64,000 bases of DNA, taken from Toensbergia leucococca (lineage: Eukaryota). Positions 12,736 through 24,075 of the stretch are shown in pieces (the first letter of the stretch is position 1; every line of letters begins with the position of its first letter). Location: NCBI GenBank assembly GCA_022813965.1, contig JALDZS010000001.1, positions 310,001 through 374,000 on the forward strand, written 5' to 3'. The position numbers and the translations under genes are program-made. A model generated the notes under the pieces. The model ran no database searches, was not told the DNA's origin, and saw only the letters and a list, made by a program, of their open reading frames with translations.

Positions 12736-14767
12736 TTAGTCAATATACAACTTCGCATCCTCGTTCGCCCGAAGAATCGCATCCCTCGCCCCAGCCCAGC
12801 TCTTTCGCCGCCCATCAAACAGCCGAAGTATATGGGGAGAATTGACTCCACCCATAAGCACCCCACACAAGTTCCTCTCCCGCAACCAATACCTCCACCC
12901 CTGAACCCCGTACCCCAAATTTTCATTGACCCCTGTCCCCGCCGCCTCATTCAGCCAAGATAACCAAGGTCCCTCGTTGACAATGTGCGAATGGATCGCG
13001 TTCCGCTCGGCCACCGACCACGCCCAGGCATGATTCGCGTCAATGTCGCGATTCATCTGCTCTTCGCTGGGGAGAGGGAATGTGCCTTTCCATACTTGGG
13101 TAATGGCCATGGATGCCAGATCTCCGACCGGCATGATGCCGACTCCGAAGGCCCAGTTGGTCAGATATGCGATCGAGTTGGCGTGGGAGGGCAGGAAGAT
13201 GTTTTGGTAGAGTCGGGCTAGAGGTGGATGGTGCGGGGCGGCGGCATTTTCTGTCCTCTGTATTGGAGACGGGGGTCTACTGATCGGGTCGATTTCGGGA
13301 GTAAGGGTCCAGTCCGGGTGGTAGCCGGTACAGAAGATGACCGCGTCAACGGCTATGCGGGAGCCGTCTTCGAGTTCGATTTCGTGGCCTGCGAGAAATT
13401 GGCGCAGGCCGGCGACGGAGGTTATTAAGCCGGCTTGGAGGAAGTTGATGAAGACGTCGGAGATTATTGGTCGGTGGGGGTACATGGGTTGTATCGGTTT
13501 CAGGCGCCAGGACGGATCCGGCGTGAAGCAGCTGTCGGCTAGTTGGCCGACCATGTAGTGGAAGAGCTTTTGGACTAGGGTTGGGGCGAGAGCTCGGCAG
13601 GAGTTGAGGATGGTGATGCTGCGGCGGGTGGTGATTAGGTCGAGGGGCCTGCCTTTGCATCGGCGAGCGAACTAATATTCATGAAAAGATTTACAAAGTT
13701 GGTCTGGATTTTGAGATGATAGGGTCCGGAAAGGATCGCAGAACTCACCACGTTTTGGCCGTGCCGGTGAGACACAAAGACCTCATCAGCGTGTCCAACC
13801 AGCTCGGACGATATGTCAGCTGCGCTATTTCCCAGGCCTACAACCAAGACCTTCATTCCGAGAAAGTCGGCCGGTCGCTTGAATGCTTGTGAATGGATGA
13901 TTTTGCCCCCGAAAGAATCCATCCCCTTGATGGCAGGCACAAGAGGCTTATGAGTGTTCCCGGTGCAAAAGACCACCTTGTCGAAGTCAGAAACCGTTTC
14001 GCTGTCCTGATGGAGCAGAGAAAGCTGCCATTTGGTATCATCGGCATTTCGAACTACCTGCCGGACTTTGGTGTTGAGCTTGATGTGCTGATTTAATTCG
14101 AAATGCTTGGCGTATGACTCAAGATAGTCTAGGGTTTCCTGTGCATTCATGTGGGGACGCAATTCTAGGCGGTTTGATAAGATTGAAAGGTCTAGGGTGA
14201 AGAACCATGGGCATACCTTCAGAAATCGGGAAATCACTGAAGCAGTTCTGCCGCCACTCATTAGATCTTTAGTCCTTTGGTATGTTCATTAGAACAAATG
14301 AAAGAATTTTGAAACGATGCTAGGATTCTTTCTTGACACTAGTGAAAACAGTATTCGTCCGTAAAGATACAATTTCAATTTCTTCATAATGGAAAGGCTT
14401 TTGCAAGTGGTTTCAAGCATTTCCGAACCCCCTGAGTCTTTCTCAAAATTCTTTGGTGTACCTACCGTGTATTTGCTAACATTTCCGATAGTAGCTGGAT
14501 TCTTCTTAGTCATTCTTCTCCGAGAACAGGCTTCTTCATGCTCACTTTGCAGTACAGAAGTTTGATTCTCATCTTCTACAAATTGCCAGACTCCACCAAT
14601 GGATGCTCTCTGCTCGAACAGTGTAACTTTGAAGTTTTCTTCCAACAGGTTCTTCAGCATCGCGAGTCCTTGGGGACCTGATGGACAAGATTCAACAAGC
14701 CGTAAAGCAAGAGCAGTAAATGGTGCAATTGAGTCTTACCGGAGCCGATGACAGCTACATTCGCCAT
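12736..14767 (-). CDS. Flavin-containing monooxygenase (dimethylaniline monooxygenase/FMO-like), multi-exon
   Basis: MANVAVIGSG/PQGL FAD motif, FEQRASIGGVW, FSDFP, FMO signature FGGKIIHSQAFK, NADPH motif VVGLGNSAADI, DAVIFCTGY. Confidence 0.92.
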
Positions 14768-15320
14768 GGTGCCAGTCTATTTCGTTTTGCGGAAGTCTTG
14801 AACTATTCTTCACTGGTAATATGGTCTTGCTTTTTACATAATTCCTTAGTGATGGTGTTTATTGGAGGTAACAATGGAGGGAGATTAGCTCCAACAACAA
14901 CGCGTAGACTTCCTTTTTCCGAATAAAAAGCAAGTAGCTTTGCCTCATTCAAAGGCGATAACGCCTGTCATAATAGTCTTTTATCAGCACGGTGTCAAGC
15001 TTTCCAGGAAAGTGCGGCGTATCATTATTGATGCTTATTCTGAACTCTGAGCCTCATTTTCTTAGCAATTCGAGGTTTGTTCGTCGTAAATTTGTTGAAG
15101 AGCCAAAATATTCGGCGCACCAAGAAATACTCGTAGCTGAATAGAACCACCCAGCACATGGCCCGCAGTAATTGACCAAGTAGAATACGGAGGCCAAGAC
15201 AAACAATATACACAATTGAGCAGCAGCGCGATAATCACCCTTGTTTAGGAGCAGTTGAGATTTTAGTCAAAAATTTTACTCCACTGACTAACTTTTTAGG
15301 GGTAAAAAGGGAAAAATAAA

Positions 15321-15406
15321 GGGCTGAACTGGGATTTGAACCCAGGACCTCTTACAATTCAGATGTGAAACCCAAAGCAAGAATTCTGCCACTGAACTAT
15401 CCAGCC
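15321..15406 (-). tRNA. tRNA-Pro(TGG) with a 14-nt intron (15357-15370)
   Basis: Minus strand GGCTGGATAGTTCAGTGGCAGAATTCTTGCTTTGGG[tttcacatctgaat]TGTAAGAGGTCCTGGGTTCAAATCCCAGTTCAGCCC. Acceptor, anticodon and T stems pair, the intron follows position 37, and T-runs (Pol III terminator) lie immediately downstream. Confidence 0.92.
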
Positions 15407-15559
15407 ACGGATGTATTCAATTGCCGTATTAACATATCTATATTCCAAACTTGTCCCGGCTCTCTTATCCTCAATTAATACGAGTAGATGGACCTGGTTT
15501 AATTCCAAAGTCGTACTCCGACAAGCCGACTTTCGTCGACACCTAAAATCAATTCGATA

Positions 15560-16324
15560 ATGCCTGCAGTTATACGCAATACCGTTGATAGGTTAGACAA
15601 GCCCAGTGCTTACTACTTAGGCAAGGTATGATCTTGCATCTATGTTGGTATATCGAACCTAGTCCTAATACTTCAGCAGAACAAGAGGCGCAAGTATGAC
15701 CGCGATCGTGATGATCGAGACGAGCGCGAGAGGACGCCTGAAGAGCCCGAAGATCCATTGAAAGACGCCGCCACGCTATATGTGGGCAATTTGTCTGTAA
15801 AAGCTAGCTTTCTTCTCCAATTCATACAATGAGCTCATGCTGCGAAGGTCCTTTTACACAACAGAGGAACAGATTCACGAGTTGTTCGCCAAGTAACGAT
15901 GTCTCGACCTGCTTCGTTATTTATGGGTGATCCTAATTTTTGCAGATGCGGTGAGATCAAAAGACTAGTCATGGGCCTAGACCGCTTCAACAAAACACCC
16001 TGCGGCTTCTGCTTCGTAGAATACTACACGCATCAAGATGCCTTGGACTGCATGAAGTATATCGGGGGCACTAAACTCGACGAGCGGATTATTCGCACGG
16101 ATCTGGATCCTGGATTCCAAGAGGGAAGGCAATATGGGTATGTTTGTTCTATAGTGAAGGGACCTTGAGTGCCTCGACTAAATTTTGGTGACAGACGGGG
16201 CAAGTCCGGTGGACAGGTTCGAGATGAGTATCGTGATGAGTACGATCCTGGACGAGGCGGCTATGGTCGAGCGATTGCCGATGAGCGCTTGAAAGAGGAA
16301 GAGGAGTATGGGAAAGGGAGATAA
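15560..16324 (+). CDS. CBC2: Nuclear cap-binding protein subunit 2 (Cbp20), multi-exon
   Basis: [83 protein letters not shown]. Confidence 0.95.
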
Positions 16325-16548
16325 CAAAAGCATTGTGTACAATATGCATGGCAATCTCTACTGGGCGTCTAAGGAGGTTGCAATGGCGTAATGGCTTTGA
16401 ACCTGGAGTTACTGATCTTGCTTCATCGAATACCATCCGATGATGTCTTCGCATGATTCTTGAGATGGCGTCCAGGAGTCTGAGCAGCGAGGCTATCCGT
16501 TCTAATTGTTCTACCCCGGGAATGCTTATCGGCCACGGCAGTACTCTT

Positions 16549-17488
16549 TCAACCACTTAAAGCCTCTCTTTTCCTCCTTAATACATCTCGAACCTGCTTC
16601 AACCACCAGATATGGATCCTCGCATCCTTTGTCAACTCCGGATGAAAGCTAGTCCCAAATACATTCCCCTGCCTCACCGCAACAATATCCCCGACCTCCT
16701 CATCCAACCCGACCAAAGGCCCCCCTTCCGCCACCAACGCCGTACTCCTCCCAGGCAACCTCGCCATAACCTCCACAGCTCCCCTCTCCCGCCCCTCTCC
16801 TGCCCCACCGACCACAGGCGCAACAACAGTATCCTCACCCACCTCCTCGCTCCCCCTTACCAAAATTTCCTCCACAACCGGCGCTCTTATAAAAATCCCC
16901 CAAAACTCCTCCGCTCCCTCGCCCAAAAACTCCAACCTTAGCCTCCTCTCAAAACTCTCCGCCTGCCTCCCAAAAAAGTTTCGATTGACCCGAACATCCA
17001 GTCCCCCCACAAGCTCCTGCCCTCCCTTCTTTGTCCGATTCGCCTCCTCCGCCAGCAAAATCAGCCCGGCACAAGTTCCCCACGTCGGCTTGCGATGGAC
17101 CCTAAATTTCATTAAAACAATCAGTTCAATCAAATCAATGATTCAATCAGGACGAATACACTACAGCTTCATCCGTCTTACCCCCCCACCCAAAGAAAGG
17201 GGAAATTGCAATACAAATTTAAAAAACTCACTTTACAAACTCTCTCAACGCCCCTAACAGCCCCGACCGTGCCGCCACTAGCGAAATAGTCGTGCTCTCC
17301 CCTCCTGGAATGATTAGCGCGTCGCACCCGGCGAGTTCGTCCGCGTTGCGCACTTCAAGGAAGTGGTAGCTGGTGGGCGGGTCTTGCGGGAGGGAGGAGG
17401 AGGAGGAGGCGAGGCGGAGAAGGTGCAGGTGTTCTTGAAAGGCGCCTTGGAGGGCTAGGACGCCGATTGTGAGAGGGGCGGTGGTCAT
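16549..17488 (-). CDS. PDX2: Pyridoxal 5'-phosphate synthase glutaminase subunit (Pdx2/Sno1/PyroB), 2 exons
   Basis: GVLALQGAFQEH, LIIPGGESTT, WGTCAGLILL, RNFFGRQ, FIRAP, FHPELT (Cys-His-Glu triad). Confidence 0.95.
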
Positions 17489-17967
17489 TGGGTAGTGGGG
17501 GGAGTTGGGGTGTGATGAGGATTTTGGGTGTTTTGTTTGGGTGGTGGGGGATCGTTGTGCCGAGCCGAGGTTTTTTTCGAAGCCGGTTTGTTCCACCCCC
17601 GACCTAAGGAGGGAGTAGAAGGTGGAATATTTCTTTGGGATCTGAAGGGTAAGTTATGTAAATGCTTTGGGTACGTTGATCTAAGTGTCCCATACTTTGG
17701 CAGTGAGAGGATAGGTTGTCACCTCTTCGATGATTTCCAAGAGGTAGAAAATAGAAGCTCGCGATTGGTCGATAGATACTCGAAGCCTTCGAGACTCTTT
17801 AGCTCTCGGATATGAATGCTACGCCATAAAGTCGTGACCCATTCACCGTCCTCGCACCCTCACACGCTCCTCCAAAATCTAACGCCTTTACCTCCTTGCT
17901 AATAGTGACAGACCACCCACAAATCCCCCCCATGCTTGATGAACTTCCCAACGCCAGCTTGGCAAAG

Positions 17968-19903
17968 CTAAAACGTCTCCCCAACACCACTTAATTTCTT
18001 TACAGTTCTCCTCCCCGGTGGTCCCATATCCCCATCTTCCCTTGCTTTCACCCCTGGCCCCGAACTAATCCTCCTTCCGGCCCCACTGAGCCTTTTGCCT
18101 AATCCACGCGGGGCTGGAATCCCCGAAACAACCTCCCCTTTCCCAATAGTAATTCTTCGTGCTGGAGTGGGTGTTAGAGTTTCACTATTTTCTACCTCCT
18201 CCTCGAGATTCTCGCTCGCTTCGTGCCGGTAATTACTCAAGCGGCTTACACTTCTGGAATGGCCATGACTATGGGTTGCGCCGTACGAACCGCCGATTGA
18301 AGATCGCGGGCGACGTGACTCGGAGGCCGTGCTGGCAGAGTAGTGACTCACAGGGGTACGGGCCCCGGACTGCGATTGTCGACTGCTAGGGCGATTAATG
18401 CTCGAGGGAAGTTGACTGATTGAGGGACGGGAGGTGACGCTTGCGCGGGAGCTAGGTCGGCTAGGTCCAATGGCAGGGATTTCGCGCGTTGGTGTTGGTG
18501 GTGGGCCGCCAAAGGAGAGGCGGCTAGGCTTTCTCATTGTGAGAGAGGTGGGGTCGTAGGGGCCTGGGGTGGAAGCCAAAGCGCCGTTAGCGTTGCTGCC
18601 GCCAATACGTTTTTTCTGGCTACGCATAGTGATTGTGGCTGGTATTGCCGACTCTCCCAGTGATGATCCGCTGCGTGGAGAGGCACGAGGTGGAGTCGAT
18701 GTAGGGGCAGGAAGTTTAGAACGTGCGGAATGGACGCGCTCCTCGAGCTTTTGCATTTTACCGATTAAACCGCGGATTTGATAGAGAGACCCTGAAGAGG
18801 GGAGGTCGGGCTGTTGTTGAGAGTGTCCTGGGCGACTAAGGGTCGTTCTGCGGGCTACAGAGGGGTTAGAACTCCCGTTGCTGATGGGAATAGAGGGTCC
18901 GCAAGAGTGTCGAGGTGGACGTGACGAGTGATGCAAAGGGCGGGGGGTGATGTTCAAATCAGCAGTCAAATATAGGGTTTTCGGTAGTGAAGAGCCAGGC
19001 GTATTGGATGCCACTCGTAATGAAGACTCAGAAGTGGGCGGAGACGGAGGAGTTGGCGTATCAGAAACCGTCGAGGATACTGATTTAGTAGGCGGTGTCG
19101 CAACCGTGGGGGACGATGTGGTGCTCGTGGGAGAGTGCTCAGAAACGGGCGATCGAGGTTGGGCGATTCCTGGACCAAGAGGCGCTGGCTTTTTCACACG
19201 CTGCCGCTCCGTTGCCGCTCCTGCATGACGAAGCTTGTTTTGCATGATCTCGGCTTCAACCTTTAGATCACGAAGCTCATCTCTCAGTCGTTGTGTCTCG
19301 ATCCTCAAAGCTTCTCTCTCTTGTTCTCCAATTCTGACCTCCTCCTCTAACATGACCCCGCGTTCAATGCCTATATTATATTTTGACTCTAAATCTTCTA
19401 ACGACGATGTAGTGTTCCTAGCTTGCCTCTCGAAATCATCGTTAGCAACTTCGATGTCTCGAAGCTTTAGTTGCATAGTCCTGTTCGTGTCTCGTAGTGT
19501 CGTTATCTCTTTCTGTAGAGTTGTCTGCGCCGTATTCGCTTCTGCCTTGGACTGTTTGTATTTCGTCTATTAGAGTATAGTCAATATTACTTCCTGCATT
19601 TAAACGCCTCAACCAAGAGTCCTGGCAGGTCTAGGATAATGGCACAATATGAAATAGAGATGTTACCTTCCACTCATCAACCTCGTACCCTAAGCTCTCC
19701 ACTCTTTCTCTAAGCTGTCTTTCCCTCTTCTCTGACGCTTCTACATCCTTCTCGAGCTCTGCCTCAAGCTCTCTACTCGAGGCTTGGAAATCGGCAAGTT
19801 CGGCCTCTAGCTGCTCATATTGCGATTTGTAGTATGCTATCGAGTCTTCGGGGGAGGTAGACGCTGTTGGCGACAAAGAGAGGGGCTCTTCAAGTGCTGA
19901 CAT
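17968..19903 (-). CDS. nudE: Nuclear distribution protein NudE/RO11 (dynein regulator), 2 exons
   Basis: [56 protein letters not shown], and NUDE_C-type [27 protein letters not shown]. Confidence 0.93.
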
Positions 19904-20687
19904 GGTCTGAGGCAAGCGTCCGAAAGCAGCTATGTGACTCAATGGGCTCAGAGCGAAGGAAGAGGACTTCGGGGAGTGCTGGTCCAAAAAATTCCGACGA
20001 TCCAGACTTGAGGCAAAAGAAGCCGTTGTAATGTGTTATGACCCTTGGTCCAATATAGCGGGAAAGGTTCTTGAGCTATCTAGGCGGTGATGGGCGATGC
20101 AGCTGTATGATGCAGTCGTGTACTGTAACGACTCGATGCTGACCTTAGTGTACCAAGTTCCTTCTCTTCTATAATATCAGGTACTCCGGACGACGCATGG
20201 GCGATGGGCGGTGGTGTCGTTTTTGTTGTCGCAAGGTTGTTGACTAACTTGACTTGTGTTGAAAAGCACAGTGATGCCAAAACACGCGAATCTGGAATTT
20301 AGCGTGGTCTGACGAGGTCAGCGTCACTCGGCGTCAACGGACCTTTGCACGGAGTATTCTACCTGTTGCAATTCTGCTCTTCACTATCGTCAATCAGCAC
20401 GACGCAGCATCCAAAACGGCATGCGTCCATTACTATTCTACTATTCTAATTGATTCCATGCGCCGCATATTTACACCGGGAGTAAGGGGATTCTAGTCCC
20501 AACTCACGCCTGGAACCATATCCTGCATTATTCTTTGTTCGTTCATTGCAGTATCAAACACACCGTGCCTAAGCTTTTCGTATCATTTCATCAATAGCTC
20601 TAACATTCCTGTCAATCATTTATTACCCCCATATACCCCCTTCTGCCCCCTTACTGTATTTGGATCCGACGTTTCATCTAGCCCAGC

Positions 20688-21832
20688 ATGTCTTCCTCTT
20701 CTGCCTTCGATGCTCCTTCAGTTGGGATGACTTTTGAGTCGATACAGGAGGCCAAAAAGTCTATTGTGCAATGGTGTGTAAGGGAGGGGATCCCGTACAA
20801 AGTTCGAAAAGCAGATAAACGCTGCTGGTTATTGACTTGCAAGGAAGAGGATTGCAATTTCAGGCTTCGAGTCAAGAACGAAGACAACCCCGTCATTACC
20901 AAGCTTGAACCTCACAGTTGTTCGTCTCTGTTACCAAGCATTGCTCAAAGCTATCTACCGAGCATTGCCCGGAGCACCCGTCCTAGCATTGCTCCAAGCC
21001 AAGGTCCAATCAAAGCGATTCCGTATGATTGGCCTCATGACGCGTCTTTTGGAATACGTACTACTGCACTAGTCATTGTAGACATGCAACGAGACTGTAA
21101 GCTGTCATGAAGACCTGGAGTTTGGTAGGGTTTCACTGATCAGCCCTGTCAGGACAGTTTGCTCGCCAGGCGGCTACCTAGAACATCAAGGCCATGATAT
21201 AACTGAAGTGCGAAAACTCATTCCAGGTCTGCAACGGCTTTTGCTTGCATTTCGAACCGCTGGTTTTCCAGTCTATCACACACGTGAAGGTATCTTTCCA
21301 CAGCCTCCGGACGACGTTTGGATTGATCACTGATAGCTTGAAAGGCCACCGACCTGATCTCTCTACGCTCTCAAGTCGAGAGACTTTTCGCTCTAGGAAT
21401 AACGCTTCTGGTCTTGGTATCGGTTTCCCTGGCCCGCTGGGACGTCTTCTTGTTCGAGGTGAAGCGGGCCATGATACGATCCCAGAATTATATCCCGTAG
21501 CGGGCGAGCCAGTAATCGATAAGCCTGGTCGCGGTGCCTTTGCCCACACGGACTTTGAGCTTCTTTTAAGGATCAGGGGCATCAAAAATCTGGTCATCGC
21601 AGGCGTGTCGACAGATGTCTGTGTTAGCAGCACTATGAGAGAAGCCAACGATAGGGGGTTTGACTGCTTGCTTGTCGAAGATGGAACTGCTGCTACTGAA
21701 GAAGGTTTACATAATAGTACCTGTGTAAGCATCAAGATGGAAGGCGGTATCTTCGGAGCCACCGGGAAGCTGGAAGATGTGCTTCATAGCATTGAGCAAT
21801 CGGCATCTTCTCGGCGACGCGGGAAGCCATAG
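20688..21832 (+). CDS. Isochorismatase-family cysteine hydrolase (biuret/guanylurea hydrolase-like) with an N-terminal MuDR transposase-type zinc-finger domain; 3 exons
   Basis: Hydrolase: PYDWPHD..TALVIVDMQRD/FCSPGGYL, HTREG/HRPDL, GPLGRLLVRGE, DKPGRGAF, GVSTDVCVSSTMREANDRGFDC, KMEGGIFG (Asp-Lys-Cys triad). N-terminal ~80 aa: VGMTFESIQEAKKSI..YKVRKADKRCWLLTCKEEDCNFRLRV..PHSC. Confidence 0.88.
20931..21002 (+). repeat. Three degenerate 24-nt coding repeats (xPSIAxSx) forming the linker of the fusion protein
   Basis: ttaccaagcattgctcaaagctat / ctaccgagcattgcccggagcacc / cgtcctagcattgctccaagccaa. Confidence 0.8.
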
Positions 21833-22210
21833 CCATAGTAAAATATAGTCAAGCTACACTTGCTATAGTAAAGATAGAAGATGATGGTAGAGGGCGCCTC
21901 AGGTCGTCCGCGCCGAGGTGTTATGCTAGATCTATCAACACTCGATATTAGACAAGTACTCCCGTACTCCTCCACATAAATAGGCGAAATAGTCGCGGTC
22001 CTCGGGTGAAGTCATCAAGTGCCTTGATAAGGCTAGATCTAGCATTGAATAGGAAGGTCTGAGCAAAAGCAATTATCTCTTGGAGTGGCGATATGCATTT
22101 CAATTGTTTTGCAAGTACTGTGCTATTAACAGCGATGCCTTCCCCTCCTTTATCTACAATGCTTCCTGGACTTCGGTGGGATTTCTACGATATTATCAGG
22201 AATCGACAAC

Positions 22211-24075
22211 ATGTCAACGGAGCAAAAAGTCTTCGACGATGAGATTCAAGAGGATGCTGTCCTCGAAAGACTGGGCTACCAGCAAGAGTTGAAACGTTCC
22301 TTTGGCCTACTGGGCATGATAGGATTCAGCTTCAGCATTGTGACTAGTTGGACAGCGTTGGGCGGTGTTCTGATTGTGGGAGTGGAGTCAGGCGGCCCTC
22401 CTGTCATGATATACTCATGGATTGCCATCAGCATCGTTACCCTTGCCGTTGCATACTCAATGGCAGAAATCTGTTCCGCATATCCAGTCGCGGGAGGGCA
22501 GTACTCTTGGGTCGCTCTACTTGCACCTCCAGGGATAGCAAGAGGTATGTCTTGGATCACCGGATGGTTTATGATAACAGGTACTTACGATTCTCTCTCT
22601 CTATTGCCTTGTGTATGTTGATTGATCAATTACAGGCATACTTGCGATGGTATTTTGCCCTGGAAAAATAATTCCTAACACAATAACCCTTACCCTAATA
22701 TGATGTTGACTTAGGGGGCCACCAACAACTTCATTGGAGCCAATTTCATACTTGGACAGGCGAATCTCTCGTACCCTGACTACACAATAGAGCGTTGGCA
22801 TACTGTGCTCCTTGCCTACCTCATAGCCTTGACGGCTACTGCTGTGAACATATATATGCCGCATCTACTTGATAGGATATCTCGCGGAATACTTGCTTGG
22901 AACATATTATCCTTTGTCATTGTCATCAGCGTCGTGCTTGCCTGCAACGACCACAAGCAACCCGCCAGCTTCGTTTTTCACGACTTCCAAAATTTCACAG
23001 GATTTGGTACAGCATTCACTGCAATACTTGGACTCCTCCAAAGTGCGTTCGGGATGTGTTGTTATGATGCGCCTGCTGTATGTCAACTCTGCCTCAAATA
23101 TTTTGTTCAGGGCTGATCCCATCATCGTAGCACATGACTGAGGAAATGAAAAATGCTTCAAAGGAAGCCCCAAAGGCAATAATCATGTCAGTATACATCG
23201 GTGCAGTGACAGGCTTCATATTCCTCATCTCAATCTGCTTCTGCATTGGCGACATTACAGCAACGGCCGAATCCACGACAGGCGTCCCGCTAATTCAGAT
23301 ATTTTACGACTCAACACAGTCCGTTGTGGCAACTTGCTTTCTCTCCTCCCTTATCGCTGTTATAGTCCTGGTTTGTGCAAACGCAATACTGGCCGAGGGC
23401 TCAAGGAGTTTATATGCGTTCGCCCGAGATCATGGTCTACCATTCTCACACGTCTTTGCCAAAGTGGAACCGAAGCGTCAGGTACCGGTTTATGCAATTC
23501 TCCTTGCTTGTGCGGTACAGCTAGCTTTGAATTCTATCTATTTTGGCACTTTGACTGGCTTCAATACCGTAATCTCTATCGCTACCGAAGGATTTTGTAA
23601 GTCTTCTTCGCATTCAATTGGTTGTTGGGAACAACAAAGCTGATTCAGATCCATGAATTCAGATCTTTCTTATGCAATGCCCCTTCTTGTCCGTATCCTC
23701 GCCAGGTTTTCGGGTCACTCCAAGGTCCTCGACGGCCCTTACACTCTTGGAAAATACGGTATCTTCCTCAACGTCATTGGCTTTGTATTCTTGCTCTTTG
23801 CCTCCATCACCTTCAACTTCCCTACCATAAATCCTGTCAACGAGAGCAACATGAATTATACAAGTGCGGCGATCGGAGTTATCGGAGTTGTCAGTCTAAT
23901 CACTTGGATCACAACGGGCCGGAAAAACTTCACAGGGCCACAAATCGGGGCGCCGAATGTCAACGTCCGAGGGGTCTCTGAAAAGGACCTGGGTCTCGTA
24001 ACGGGTAGTGATTTGAGCGGAAGTGGGATCAGAAGCGAGGGTGAGATGATAACAGAGAAAGATAATGTCTTGTGA
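22211..24075 (+). CDS. APC-superfamily amino acid/choline (ACT; Hnm1/Uga4-like) permease, about 5 exons including a 14-nt microexon
   Basis: LERLGYQQELKRSFGLLGMIGFSFS, SMAEICSAYPVAGGQYSW, YDAPA/HMTEE, SRSLYAFARDHGLPFS, MNYTSA. Confidence 0.93.

Noticed and set aside
20440..20453. 14-bp match (actattctaattga) upstream of the MuDR-hydrolase gene to the MITE arm at 40580-40593
   Set aside because: AT-rich, does not extend, and is plausible by chance in 64 kb; not enough to call a TIR remnant.
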